DNA of 56,024 nucleotides from Candidatus Wildermuthbacteria bacterium RIFOXYD1_FULL_50_12 (GTDB lineage Bacteria; Patescibacteriota; Minisyncoccia; Minisyncoccales; UBA10102), in NCBI GenBank assembly GCA_001825035.1, contig MHUO01000006.1, positions 19,444 to 75,467 of the forward strand. The letters are read 5' to 3'. The notes below the pieces were generated by a model. It did no database searches and was not told the origin of the DNA. It saw only the letters and a list, made by a program, of their open reading frames with translations. The position numbers and the translations under genes were made by a program. Shown here piece after piece: positions 18,368 through 27,581 of this stretch (within the stretch, counting starts at the first letter, position 1; each line of letters opens with the position of its first letter).

Positions 18368-19000
18368 TTATGAAATCATCTCTTCTAGATGCTTGAGGGC
18401 GGCCACGGGATCTGAAGTTTTCATCACGGCGCTGCCGGCACACGCGTAATCAACGCCGGCACCAAACGCTTGTTTCACTGTCTGTTCATTGATCCCCCCA
18501 TCGATACCTATCAAAACATCTTGTTTGAGTCGCCGAATTTCAGAAACTTTTGAAAGGACGTCTGGAATAAATTCCTGCTGCTGAAATCCAGGATTCACGC
18601 CCATCACGAGCAACGCATCGAGCTTTTCAATGTAGGACGCAAGTTTTAAAGCCGGGGTTGGCGGATTCACGGCAATTTCTTTTTGAAAACCGTACTCTTC
18701 CATTTTTTGGAGAACGACTTCGGGGCTATCGACTGCCTCCGCATGAAAGATGACGCGCTTGGCTCCGATGCCGCTGCAATCCTCCAAATATTTTTCGGGA
18801 TGCTCCACCATCAGGTGGATTTCCAGATGAAAAAATTGGGCAGCTTCCCCCAATTCAAATAAGTTCGCTGAGGTATTGGGCACGAATTTCCCGTCCATAA
18901 TATCAATGTGCAGCCATTTTGTGTGCCCCTTGAGAATCTCCATGTTTTCGCGAAGCTCTTCGGGATTTGCGGTCAGGATGGCAGGAATAATCCTCTGCAT
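18368..19000 (-). CDS. rpe: Ribulose-phosphate 3-epimerase
   Basis: HIDIMDGKFVPN, EIHLMV, MGVNPGF, IDGGIN. Confidence 0.95.
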   Translation of the reverse strand: MQRIIPAILTANPEELRENMEILKGHTKWLHIDIMDGKFVPNTSANLFELGEAAQFFHLEIHLMVEHPEKYLEDCSGIGAKRVIFHAEAVDSPEVVLQKMEEYGFQKEIAVNPPTPALKLASYIEKLDALLVMGVNPGFQQQEFIPDVLSKVSEIRRLKQDVLIGIDGGINEQTVKQAFGAGVDYACAGSAVMKTSDPVAALKHLEEMIS

Positions 19001-19001
19001 A

Positions 19002-19457
19002 TCAAGCTTGTTCTTCCATATCTTTTATTTTCTTAAGCCGCCGCTCGTGACGGCCTCCGTCAAAGGACGTACGAAGCCATAGATCAACGGCCCTCAGAGC
19101 TAACTCCTTGCTGAGAAAACGCGCGCCGAGAGAAAGCAGATTGGAATCGTTATGCCGTCGCGAAAGCTCTATGATCTCAAGAGATCCTCCGTAATAGTGG
19201 GCGGCGTACACCCCTTTCACCTTGTTTGCGACAATTGCCTCTCCTTGCCCAGAACCCCCCAATACGATGCCGCGATTGCGTTCCGGGTCTTCCGCTACTT
19301 TTCGGGCTGCGGGAATCACGAAATCCGGATAGTCGTCGTCTGGCTCATACGCAAAAGATCCTATATCTTCTATCTCAAAATCTCGCTCTTTCAAATATGC
19401 CTTAATCTGTTCTTTTAGCTCAAATCCGGCATGATCAGATGCAAGATAAATTTTCAT
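19002..19457 (-). CDS. rpiB: Ribose-5-phosphate isomerase B (RpiB/LacA/LacB)
   Basis: ASDHAGF, DDYPD, GGSGQGE, HNDSN, GGRHERR. Confidence 0.95.
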   Translation of the reverse strand: MKIYLASDHAGFELKEQIKAYLKERDFEIEDIGSFAYEPDDDYPDFVIPAARKVAEDPERNRGIVLGGSGQGEAIVANKVKGVYAAHYYGGSLEIIELSRRHNDSNLLSLGARFLSKELALRAVDLWLRTSFDGGRHERRLKKIKDMEEQA

Positions 19458-19535
19458 TCCCCCATTATATCCGAAATTCTTGCAAAAGCATAGCTAAAAT
19501 GCTTAAGTTAAACAAGCAGAAAGGGGGCGAGTGAT

Positions 19536-19706
19536 ATGGTGAGGATTTTTTGGACCATTTTCCTAACGGTGCTCATCCTCTTCCTCATTTTAAGCATTCT
19601 TGATATCCTCATTTTTACGCTCTACGTGGCAAGCGCGGTCTCCCTTATGGTGATCCCTGCATATCTACTCTACCGTACCATTCGGTGGTTTATCCGCCGA
19701 CGATAA
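19536..19706 (+). CDS. 56-aa hydrophobic membrane microprotein
   Basis: MVRIFWTIFLTVLILFLILS...RWFIRRR*; upstream AAGGGGG SD-like sequence; followed by a hairpin. Confidence 0.6.
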   Translation: MVRIFWTIFLTVLILFLILSILDILIFTLYVASAVSLMVIPAYLLYRTIRWFIRRR

Positions 19707-19734
19707 AGGCGCCGGCACTGCGTGCTGGCGCCTT
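19706..19734. terminator. GC-rich hairpin between convergent genes (probable terminator)
   Basis: AAGGCGCCGGCAC-TGC-GTGCTGGCGCCTT followed by CCCTTTT. Confidence 0.65.
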
Positions 19735-19762
19735 CCCTTTTATGCATTCTTCCCGAAGACCT

Positions 19763-21634
19763 CTATCGAGAAAAGCGCAAAAACCTGTATATCCCAAATC
19801 CAAAAATAAGCGCAGCGGCAAAGAGGAGAAGCATATTGCTTCGGATAAAACCGAGGGTATTAGCTCCTGCCTGCGCAGGCAGGCCTGCCGCGACTTCCGC
19901 CCGAAGCGCTTGCGACCTGGTCTCTTCAACACCGACAACAAGCGAAGCAGCGAACTCGGTTTGCCCGCCTGCGCGGGCAGGCTCATTTTCGCCCTGCTCT
20001 TCCGTTTCTTGCGCAAGCGCTTCCTGAATTTGTCCGCCTGCGCGGGCGAGCTCGTCTTGCGCTTGCTGTGCGGCAAGCGAAGCAAGCTGGCGCTCAATTT
20101 CTCTCGCTTCTTCCTCAACGCGCAAAAGTTCCGCTTGAATCTCCCGCAGAAGCTCTTGGCGAGACGCCCCCTCTCTCTGCCCTTCCGTGAAAATCTCTTC
20201 TTCCCCAACCATCTGCGGAGACGAACTCACGTTGCTCATGTTACTTCCGACTGTGCTCTCCGTCTGCTCCTGCGCCGACTCTTGGTCCTGAAAAACTGAA
20301 ATTGAATAAACCGGAAAACTCTTACCGCTCAAGGCAATCACCGCGTCTGGGGTGGCGCCTTTGTTGTTCCACTCGGAAGTCCCGGGCGCTACCCACCAGA
20401 ACCCGCCGTCCTCGTCCTGCAGTGAAAGAAGGTGCTCAATCGGATTTTCTGGGCTCTTTGTCCAAGCTGTCGGATCCTCCCCAAGCTTATGAATCGCCAT
20501 GATAACCCATGCATCGCTATTGCCATCCGAGTCCGTACCGAATGGGCTTTGAGGGTCGTAGGGAAACCCGCCGTCCAGATTCTGCGCTTCTTTCAAATAC
20601 TGCCTTGCCAGCTGTATAGCGTTGTCGGTTTCCGTCATACCGGTCTCCAGCAAAGCCATAATGGCGGCTGCCGTGTCGTTTGTGTCGCTCGTGCCTCCCG
20701 CGTCCCATGCCCAGCCGCCATCCGCATTCTGATCCTGCAAAAGGAACGCTTTTGAATTTTGGATAACAGGATCGCTTGCGGGCACTCCAGCGGACCGCAA
20801 CGCGAGAATCCCCCAGATATCGTCGTTCAAAAGCGAGGGGTCGCCGAGCTGCGTATCGTCAGTAAAACTCTTCAGTTTCTCCACAAAATCCTCTTCAGGA
20901 AAGGTTCGCGGATCCTGGCCAGTTGCCGTTATCGCGAGTATCGGCTTTGCGTAGGAAATGGCGCTGTCGCCAAAAAACGTCTTGAGAAAAGAGATGTCTG
21001 CGCTTTGTCCCACAGCTATGAACGCCATTACAATATCTGGCGAGAGTTCCTGATTCTGAAGAAACGCTACTGCTTTTACGAGAACCACATTTATATCAAC
21101 AACCGGCGCAGGATCACTCCCTCCCGAGCCGCCGCTGCCGTTTCCCCCACTCCCACCGGCTTCCTCGCTGTCTTCATCCTCGTTTGCATCGTCGCTCTCA
21201 TCATCCTGAATGCCCTCTCCCTCCTCTTCGGACTCTCCCACTCCCTCTTCCTCTTGATTCTCCTGCTCTTCCTCCTCCAACTCCTCCTGTCCTTCTTCTA
21301 CTACCTCTTCCTCATCCTCTTCCAAAAGCTCAACATTGACCCACGCGCATCCCTGTTCTTTAATGTCTTGCAATCGCTTCTGGCCGATGCCAGATACGCT
21401 AATCAAGTCATCGACCGACCCAAAGGGTCTTCCTTCAATAATCCTCTCAGCGATAGTCGGACCCACTCCCGGCAATAGTTTGAGATCTTCCTTGCTCGCT
21501 GTGTTGATTTCAATAGAGTTCGGCTCGCAGACCGACTCTTCCGCGTATGCCCCGCCGCTGGAAAGTAAAAGCACAAAGATTGCGGTACAGGTACATACGA
21601 AAAAGCGTTTGCGCAAATTAGTTTGCTTTTTCAT
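19763..21634 (-). CDS. Surface protein: ComEA-type HhH domain, acidic linker, prenyltransferase/squalene-oxidase-repeat (alpha/alpha) domain, C-terminal TM
   Basis: EINTAS..L..LPGVGP..A.RII..RPF.SVDDL..V.GIG; QNADGGW, QNLDGGF and QDEDGGF repeats; DTNDTAAAIMAL; GGAG SD before MKKQTN. Confidence 0.8.
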   Translation of the reverse strand: MKKQTNLRKRFFVCTCTAIFVLLLSSGGAYAEESVCEPNSIEINTASKEDLKLLPGVGPTIAERIIEGRPFGSVDDLISVSGIGQKRLQDIKEQGCAWVNVELLEEDEEEVVEEGQEELEEEEQENQEEEGVGESEEEGEGIQDDESDDANEDEDSEEAGGSGGNGSGGSGGSDPAPVVDINVVLVKAVAFLQNQELSPDIVMAFIAVGQSADISFLKTFFGDSAISYAKPILAITATGQDPRTFPEEDFVEKLKSFTDDTQLGDPSLLNDDIWGILALRSAGVPASDPVIQNSKAFLLQDQNADGGWAWDAGGTSDTNDTAAAIMALLETGMTETDNAIQLARQYLKEAQNLDGGFPYDPQSPFGTDSDGNSDAWVIMAIHKLGEDPTAWTKSPENPIEHLLSLQDEDGGFWWVAPGTSEWNNKGATPDAVIALSGKSFPVYSISVFQDQESAQEQTESTVGSNMSNVSSSPQMVGEEEIFTEGQREGASRQELLREIQAELLRVEEEAREIERQLASLAAQQAQDELARAGGQIQEALAQETEEQGENEPARAGGQTEFAASLVVGVEETRSQALRAEVAAGLPAQAGANTLGFIRSNMLLLFAAALIFGFGIYRFLRFSR

Positions 21635-22172
21635 ATCTCCATTCAATAATATCGTTAGGTTGTACTATGTATTGCGAAGCGCCGACCGAAGCTGTCTCGC
21701 CGTTTATATAATAAATCCAATACGTCCTCTCTTTGGGATTTTGGACAAGACCGTTTATCTCTTCCACGAAAAATCCCAGCCCAGGAAACTGTTTCCCCTT
21801 AAAAGAAAAACCGCGGCTATCCTGCAGGAACTTCATAAGCTCCAGGGCCGTGGTGCCCTCCGAAACCCACGCTTCATACTCGTGTCCAGCCACAACAAGC
21901 ATTGTGTAGACCGGGCCGAGCTTCTCTTGCGCAAGTTCTTCAGTCCTGCTTCCATCCTCCGCAAAAACGGCTTGCTCAGGCGCCTCTGTCTTATCTACGA
22001 ATTCTGCAGTTTTCTCTTCTCTATCATCGCCGGCAACCAAGCGAAACGTCTCACTTTCTTCATGGACAACGGGGGGTATAGTATTTCCGCTTAAAAACGA
22101 CGCTGCACCCAGCGCAAAGCCAAAAGATCCTCCTGTCGCAAGCAAAATAATAAGAAACTTTCGCGTTTTCAT
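21618..22172 (-). CDS. DUF4430 (transcobalamin-like C-terminal) domain membrane-anchored protein
   Basis: GFFVEEING...YWIYYINGETASVGASQY...D.IEWRY; start MKTRKF. Confidence 0.85.
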   Translation of the reverse strand: MKTRKFLIILLATGGSFGFALGAASFLSGNTIPPVVHEESETFRLVAGDDREEKTAEFVDKTEAPEQAVFAEDGSRTEELAQEKLGPVYTMLVVAGHEYEAWVSEGTTALELMKFLQDSRGFSFKGKQFPGLGFFVEEINGLVQNPKERTYWIYYINGETASVGASQYIVQPNDIIEWRYEKAN

Positions 22173-22176
22173 AGAG

Positions 22177-22204
22177 AAACAAAAATCTCCTGGGGGCAGG
22201 AGAT
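22177..22204 (-). terminator. Leader intrinsic terminator / SD-sequestering hairpin
   Basis: ATCTCCTG-CCCC-CAGGAGAT followed by TTTTGTTT, ending 4 nt before the ATG; the stem contains AGGAG. Confidence 0.7.
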
Positions 22205-22250
22205 GCACGCTTCGCAAAATTCGGCATGCGGTTAAAGCTAGCGTGAACCC

Positions 22251-22365
22251 CGCTCCCCCTCTCGAGAAGCGATAATTCAATGGCTATAAGGTAATGGTGA
22301 GTCGACCGGGCTTTAACCGTTCCGGGGGAGCACAGGATTTACGCCTGTTTCCTCTCACGATTATC
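22251..22365 (-). ncRNA. Cobalamin riboswitch (compact, class II-like)
   Basis: GTGAG-AGGAA-ACAGG-CGTAAAT-CCTGT-GCTCCCCCGGAACGGT-TAAAGCCCG...CTCAC core; downstream hairpin with GGGGGAG complementary to CTCCCCC; lies upstream of a DUF4430 gene. Confidence 0.75.
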
Positions 22366-22422
22366 GTTTTGGAAGAACGTTATAATTCTTTGTATCTTCC
22401 CTCTGCCCCTCAGTCAAGCATA

Positions 22423-22923
22423 CTATATCTGGCCTCTTGTGGATTTCTTTTGCTCGCCATCCTGCTCTTGTCTTTTCCGTATCCATTGCTCTTCTGCTTT
22501 GCGTAAACTCGCCAAGACAAAGAGAGCAAGGAAAGAAGCGATTACGGCAATCCAGTAAAGCTGGAAGCCGACTGCGGCTCCAATGCCAGCTGCCACCCAC
22601 ACGCCGGCTGCCGTGGTCGCTCCTGCTACGTATGGATCACGAAAAATAATAATGCCCGTGCCCAAAAAGCCAATACCCATTGCCACCGCTTGCAAAATGC
22701 GGGTGGGGTCGAAAGTAGTATAACCCATTGCCGAAAACTGTTCCATTACCTGTGCTGCTACCACCACGAAAAGCGCAGCTCCCAGCGAGACGAGCGCGTA
22801 CGTTCTCATGCCGGCTTCCTTACGCCGCAGCTCTCTTTCCAATCCCACGAACGCTCCAAGCAAAACGGCCAAAAGAAGCTGAAGAAATGTCTGAGAAGGA
22901 AAGGTGCCGAAAAAATTCTCCAT
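22423..22923 (-). CDS. MgtC/SapB family membrane protein
   Basis: GLERE...AGMRT...DPTRI...GIGFLGTG...TTAA.VW. Confidence 0.9.
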   Translation of the reverse strand: MENFFGTFPSQTFLQLLLAVLLGAFVGLERELRRKEAGMRTYALVSLGAALFVVVAAQVMEQFSAMGYTTFDPTRILQAVAMGIGFLGTGIIIFRDPYVAGATTAAGVWVAAGIGAAVGFQLYWIAVIASFLALFVLASLRKAEEQWIRKRQEQDGEQKKSTRGQI

Positions 22924-23013
22924 GTCTTTTCTCTATAGTACAGGAAAACAAACGTTTACCCAATAGTTCTTTTATCCACAAGGTTCCAAGAAGGCACTAC
23001 GTTTCCTGGCACG

Positions 23014-24678
23014 TTAATTTTCGGAAATAATGTGCTCAAGTGCGTATCGCATACTTGCCCCGACTTTCTTGCCCGGATTGAATATGCCTTCGGGATCAAA
23101 CACCTTCTTCGTTTCCTCAAAGAGTTTATACACTTTGGCTCCATACATATCTTTAAGGTACGGGCTGCGAATAAGGCCGTCGTTATGCTCGCCGGTGAAA
23201 GAGCCCTTGTACTTGAAAATCAGCGGGTGCACCTTCTCCATCAATTCGGGGATAATTTCTTTGATTTTGGGCTCGCGCATATCCATCAAAGGGATGATGT
23301 GGAAGTTTCCGTCTCCCACGTGGCCCGCTACGGTGTACGTCATATATTTTGCGTAGGGTTTGAGAATCTCCTGGAGCCGAGGGAAAAACTCAGGCAAATA
23401 TTCTGGCGCAACGGCAAAGTCATCGATAAAAGGCACGGTGCGCCTGTTCTTCGCATGCTCATGGAGGAGCTTAAAGCTCTCGCGCCTCACCGTAAAGTAT
23501 TTCTGCACTTCTTTCTGGCTCCTTGTGATGCGAGTGTCCAACCCAAGGTCCTGTAAAGTTGCCTCGGCCTCGACGGCCTGCTTTCTCGTTTCCTTCTCAT
23601 CGTCTCCGGCAAACTCGGCAAAAAGGACAAGCTTGGGCATTCCCCCCGTAATAAACATCTTGAACTCGGGCAAAAACTGCCACGCGAGAGAAAGTATATT
23701 ACCCTTAAGCAAGCGGATAAATCCCGGTAAAAAGCGTAGGGCGAGTTTGAGCGTTTCGTCGTCGTACGATTCAAAACTTTCCGGCCCACATTCCAGTATC
23801 CGCTCCACGATAGTCGGTAAAGGTTTCAGATCCTTGAGGAATATCACGAGAAGTGTCGAATAAGGATGCGGGCGTACGAGGCGGAACGTAATTTCGGTAA
23901 TAATGCCGAGCGTGCCTTGAGAGCCGACAAGCACTTTCGTGAGATCAAATATTTCCTTCTCTCTATCCCACACATCCCATAAGGCATACCCCGCAGAATT
24001 TTTGGAGACGCGCGGCCTTGCCCTCTGCAAGAGAGCAAAATTCTTATCTATAATCGCGAACATCTTCCGGTATATCTCGCCCTCCAGTCCTTTGAGCGTC
24101 ATTTTCTTTTTGAACTCAGCTTTCTGAAGGGGTTTTAGCGTGTACTCGTTGCCGTCCCGAAGCATTACTTTCAGCTCCTGCACGAATTTTTCCGTTTTTC
24201 CGTACCGCAAACTGTTTTCTCCCCCTCCACTGTTTGCCACCATGCCGCCGAGCGCGCATATCTCGCGGGAGGCGGGATAAGACGGCAAAATCAATCCTTT
24301 CTGAAGGGTCTTTTTCTCAAAATCGCGGTAATACATTCCTGGCTGCGCCACAGCGTACCCCTCCTCGCTGTTCAGTTTTTTGAGTTCTTTGAGTTTATTG
24401 AAATGCTTAGTGAACACCACCACGATTGACTCTGACAGAGGCCCGCCCGACATACAGGTGCCGGCCGAACGAGCAGTCAGGGAAACGTCGCGGCCACGGG
24501 CGCGTTCTCTTGCCGCAAACGCAACGAGCTTTTTTACATCCTGTGCGTCCTTGGGGAATACCACTGCCCGCGGCCGCAATTCAAAAATACTGTAATCCCT
24601 ACTGTAATCCTTGAGCGTTTTGTCGTCGTCCCGAACTTCACCTTTTACCAATTTTTGCAGTTCTTCCCGCAATATCAT
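23014..24678 (-). CDS. FAD-linked oxidase (GlcD / D-lactate dehydrogenase-like)
   Basis: RSAGTCMSG, GSQGTLGII, GHVGDGNFH, GEHNDG, FNPGK. Confidence 0.9.
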   Translation of the reverse strand: MILREELQKLVKGEVRDDDKTLKDYSRDYSIFELRPRAVVFPKDAQDVKKLVAFAARERARGRDVSLTARSAGTCMSGGPLSESIVVVFTKHFNKLKELKKLNSEEGYAVAQPGMYYRDFEKKTLQKGLILPSYPASREICALGGMVANSGGGENSLRYGKTEKFVQELKVMLRDGNEYTLKPLQKAEFKKKMTLKGLEGEIYRKMFAIIDKNFALLQRARPRVSKNSAGYALWDVWDREKEIFDLTKVLVGSQGTLGIITEITFRLVRPHPYSTLLVIFLKDLKPLPTIVERILECGPESFESYDDETLKLALRFLPGFIRLLKGNILSLAWQFLPEFKMFITGGMPKLVLFAEFAGDDEKETRKQAVEAEATLQDLGLDTRITRSQKEVQKYFTVRRESFKLLHEHAKNRRTVPFIDDFAVAPEYLPEFFPRLQEILKPYAKYMTYTVAGHVGDGNFHIIPLMDMREPKIKEIIPELMEKVHPLIFKYKGSFTGEHNDGLIRSPYLKDMYGAKVYKLFEETKKVFDPEGIFNPGKKVGASMRYALEHIISEN

Positions 24679-24708
24679 TGCTTCATTGTACTTTATTGGT
24701 CAAACAAT

Positions 24709-25518
24709 TCAATTCTGCACTACGAAATACCGCCATCTGGCGTACTGGTCTTTTTCAAAACGCCATTTTCTATATCTATATTGCTTCAGTAGTTTTTCTA
24801 CCGCGGTTTTTTGCGGAGAGTCAAACTCCATCCAGAGTTCTCCTCCTTCCTTAAGATAGTTTTTTGCTTGCTGGAGAAACGGGCGAATATAGAGTAAGCC
24901 GTCTTTTCCGCCGAACACAGCGCTTGCGGGTTCGTGTTCCAATACCGACTTTTGCACGCACGCCCTTCTCTCCTCTGCCACATACGGCGGGTTCGCAAGA
25001 ATGTAGTCGTATTTATCTCGCACCTTTGAAAAAATATTGGACTGAATCACCCGGTATCGCTGATTAGAAATTTCATTCAATTTCGCATTTATTTGAATTT
25101 GTTTGAGAAACTTTTTTTCTTTTTCCGCAAAATCAACCGTCGCCCACGGCATATGTTTTAAAACTGCAATTCCGACGCAACCAGAACCAGCAAATAGATC
25201 AAGGCATCTCGTGTGAGTGCCGCGACTTTTCCGCAGACGCGAGGGTCCACTCCGGAGGAGGGGTAAAGCGCCAGGAAAAGTCGCGGCACGAGCATCTTGA
25301 AGAAATTTTTCGGTCCAGTACTCGGTTTCGGGACGCGGAATCAAGGGCTTTTGCGACAAATCAATTTTGCAACCCAAAAATTCCACCCACCCAATCACGT
25401 AGTCAATATGCTCACCCTTCTCAAGGCGAGCTATATCTTTCTCCGCCGCTTCCGTCCTCTTCCCTCCATGTTTCTCCTCCAAAAGCCACCGAATTTCGTT
25501 TTGTAAATTCCTTCTCAT
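24709..25518 (-). CDS. prmC: Release factor glutamine methyltransferase
   Basis: LIPRPETE, LDLFAGSGC, NPPY. Confidence 0.9.
   Translation of the reverse strand: MRRNLQNEIRWLLEEKHGGKRTEAAEKDIARLEKGEHIDYVIGWVEFLGCKIDLSQKPLIPRPETEYWTEKFLQDARAATFPGALPLLRSGPSRLRKSRGTHTRCLDLFAGSGCVGIAVLKHMPWATVDFAEKEKKFLKQIQINAKLNEISNQRYRVIQSNIFSKVRDKYDYILANPPYVAEERRACVQKSVLEHEPASAVFGGKDGLLYIRPFLQQAKNYLKEGGELWMEFDSPQKTAVEKLLKQYRYRKWRFEKDQYARWRYFVVQN
25217..25289. repeat. In-frame element with perfect 16-bp terminal inverted repeats inside prmC
   Basis: GTGCCGCGACTTTTCC (25217-25232) / GGAAAAGTCGCGGCAC (25274-25289). Confidence 0.8.
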
Positions 25519-25596
25519 CGTCCCACTCCAACTTTGAATCAGAGAAACTCGGCCATTTCCCCATTATATCCAACTTCTTTCTAGGCGCCAATTCAC

Positions 25597-26841
25597 CTAC
25601 TCATATCGCAGAGCTTCAATAGGGCTTTTCTTTGAAGCTTGGCGCGCTGGGTAGATACCAAACACAAATCCCACAGCAGTTGACACTCCCACGCCAAGCA
25701 CCACCGCGGAAATCGGGAACACAAATGTCCAGTCGGACGAAAAGGTAGCTTGCACAATAAGAGAGGCTCCGAAGGCAAGCACTCCCCCGATGGTAATGCC
25801 GATAACGCCACCGATGCCGGTGAGAATTATAGCTTCTAAAAGAAATTGCAACAAAATATCTTTTTGCGTGGCGCCCAACGCTTTACGCAATCCAATTTCT
25901 CTGGTGCGTTCCGTTACGGAAACCAGCATAATATTCATAACCCCTATCCCTCCCACTACTAACGCAATAGCAACAACCGAAGACAGAAACAACGTAAGCG
26001 CCCCGATGATAACTTGCACTTGCTCCACCAGTGCCTGCTGGGTAACCACAAAAAAGTCGTCGTCTTTTGGATCTGCGATATTGTGCGTCTCGCGTAGCGT
26101 CGCTTCAATATCGTTCACCGTGCGCGGAACTACTCCTGGACTTTCCGCCTTTACAATAATCTCGTGGTAATAGTCAATTCCCAACAGGTACAATTGTGCT
26201 GTGGTATAAGGAACAATAACGAGCTCGTCAAAATTAAAAAACCCGACTTGCCCCTTTTTGGGGAATACTCCAACCACACGAAACTTTCTATTCTTGATAG
26301 CGATGTTCTGGCCGAGCGCGTCTGAAAGCCCGAACAATTCCTCTTTTACCTTCGCCCCTATCACAGCCACATTCGCATTCTGCCGGATATCCGCATCATC
26401 AAACGTAACTCCATCCTGCACATACACCTGAAACGCCTCGCTGAAAAAATCCACCGATCCCCCGATAATGCTGGGCTGATATGTTTCTCCCTCATAAGAA
26501 ACGCTCCCAGGCACAACCAAGGTTGGCATCACTTCCACGATATGGGGTGCGTTTTCTTTTCGGCTTAACGCTTCCACATCGCGATTTTTCAGAGAATTGG
26601 CGAACAACGTGCTCCCAAAATCGCTGGGGCCGGAAGGTTCTTTTCCCGGTCGAATAACAATGGTTTCGGCACCTAACCCGCCTATTTGGTTCAAAATAAG
26701 AGATTCTGCGCCACTCCCCAGCGCCATCATTAAGATGATGGCAGAAATCCCAATAACAATTCCTAACACGGTGAGTGCTGAACGCGATTTCGTCGCCTGC
26801 AATCCCTTAAGGGCGGTTGTAATGCTGTCTTGAAGTGTCAT
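25597..26841 (-). CDS. MacB/FtsX-like ABC permease
   Basis: RSALTVLGIVIG, GIGVMNIMLVSVTERTREIG, PIEALRYE. Confidence 0.93.
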   Translation of the reverse strand: MTLQDSITTALKGLQATKSRSALTVLGIVIGISAIILMMALGSGAESLILNQIGGLGAETIVIRPGKEPSGPSDFGSTLFANSLKNRDVEALSRKENAPHIVEVMPTLVVPGSVSYEGETYQPSIIGGSVDFFSEAFQVYVQDGVTFDDADIRQNANVAVIGAKVKEELFGLSDALGQNIAIKNRKFRVVGVFPKKGQVGFFNFDELVIVPYTTAQLYLLGIDYYHEIIVKAESPGVVPRTVNDIEATLRETHNIADPKDDDFFVVTQQALVEQVQVIIGALTLFLSSVVAIALVVGGIGVMNIMLVSVTERTREIGLRKALGATQKDILLQFLLEAIILTGIGGVIGITIGGVLAFGASLIVQATFSSDWTFVFPISAVVLGVGVSTAVGFVFGIYPARQASKKSPIEALRYE

Positions 26842-26867
26842 AGTTCAACATTGTTCACCATGTGGTA

Positions 26868-27578
26868 CTATTTTACGAAGGAATCATGCGCTCGCCTTCT
26901 CTGATTCACGCCGTTGTCGCCCTCAACTTTCCCATCGAGAATATGCACAATGCGCTTTGCGGTTTCTGCCGTGTAGGTTTCGTGCGTAATAAGCAAAATG
27001 GTATGACCGTGTTTTTCGTTTAAATCTTCCAAAATTTCCATAATGATTTTCCCCGACGCGGAGTCGAGGTTTCCTGTTGGTTCGTCTGCGAAAATAACCT
27101 CGGGCTTGTTCACCAGAGCCCGGGCAATGGCAACACGTTGCTTCTCGCCTCCCGACAGTTCGGAAGAAAGGTGGCCAAGCCGGTGGGATAACCCTACGGC
27201 TTCAATTGCCTCTTTTGCCATTTGTTCGCGTAGGGATGGTCTCGTGCTCGAATACAGCAAAGGGAGCATAACATTTTCCAGCACGGTCGCGCGCGGCAGT
27301 AAATTAAAGGCCTGAAAAACAAAGCCCATCTTTTGGTTTCTGATATGGGCTAATTCTTCGTCTGAATAATCGTCGATGGTTTTCCCTTCGAATCGGTAGG
27401 TTCCTTTGGTGTGCCGGTCGAGGAATCCCAATATATGAAGGACGGTGGATTTCCCCGAACCCGACGGCCCCATAATGGCTACGAAATCTCCTTTTTCAAT
27501 ACGAAATGATATACCACGAAGCGCCTGCGTGCCGTCGTCGTACGTTTTTTCCACGTTTTCCAGTTCAATAAGCGCCAT
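26868..27578 (-). CDS. ABC ATPase (LolD/MacB-like)
   Basis: [25 protein letters not shown]. Confidence 0.95.
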   Translation of the reverse strand: MALIELENVEKTYDDGTQALRGISFRIEKGDFVAIMGPSGSGKSTVLHILGFLDRHTKGTYRFEGKTIDDYSDEELAHIRNQKMGFVFQAFNLLPRATVLENVMLPLLYSSTRPSLREQMAKEAIEAVGLSHRLGHLSSELSGGEKQRVAIARALVNKPEVIFADEPTGNLDSASGKIIMEILEDLNEKHGHTILLITHETYTAETAKRIVHILDGKVEGDNGVNQRRRAHDSFVK

Positions 27579-27581
27579 ATA

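Noticed and set aside
19763-21634. Squalene-hopene cyclase or true ComEA
   Set aside because: Single exported barrel without the DXDD motif; the HhH domain is a small N-terminal part; the context points to B12 binding
22972-22980. DnaA box TTATCCACA as replication origin
   Set aside because: Single box in a short intergenic gap, with no box cluster, unwinding element or dnaA nearby
25539-25544. prfB-like +1 frameshift (CTC TGA) into prmC
   Set aside because: The +1 frame is not the prmC frame, and there is no CTT-TGA slippery site with an internal SD
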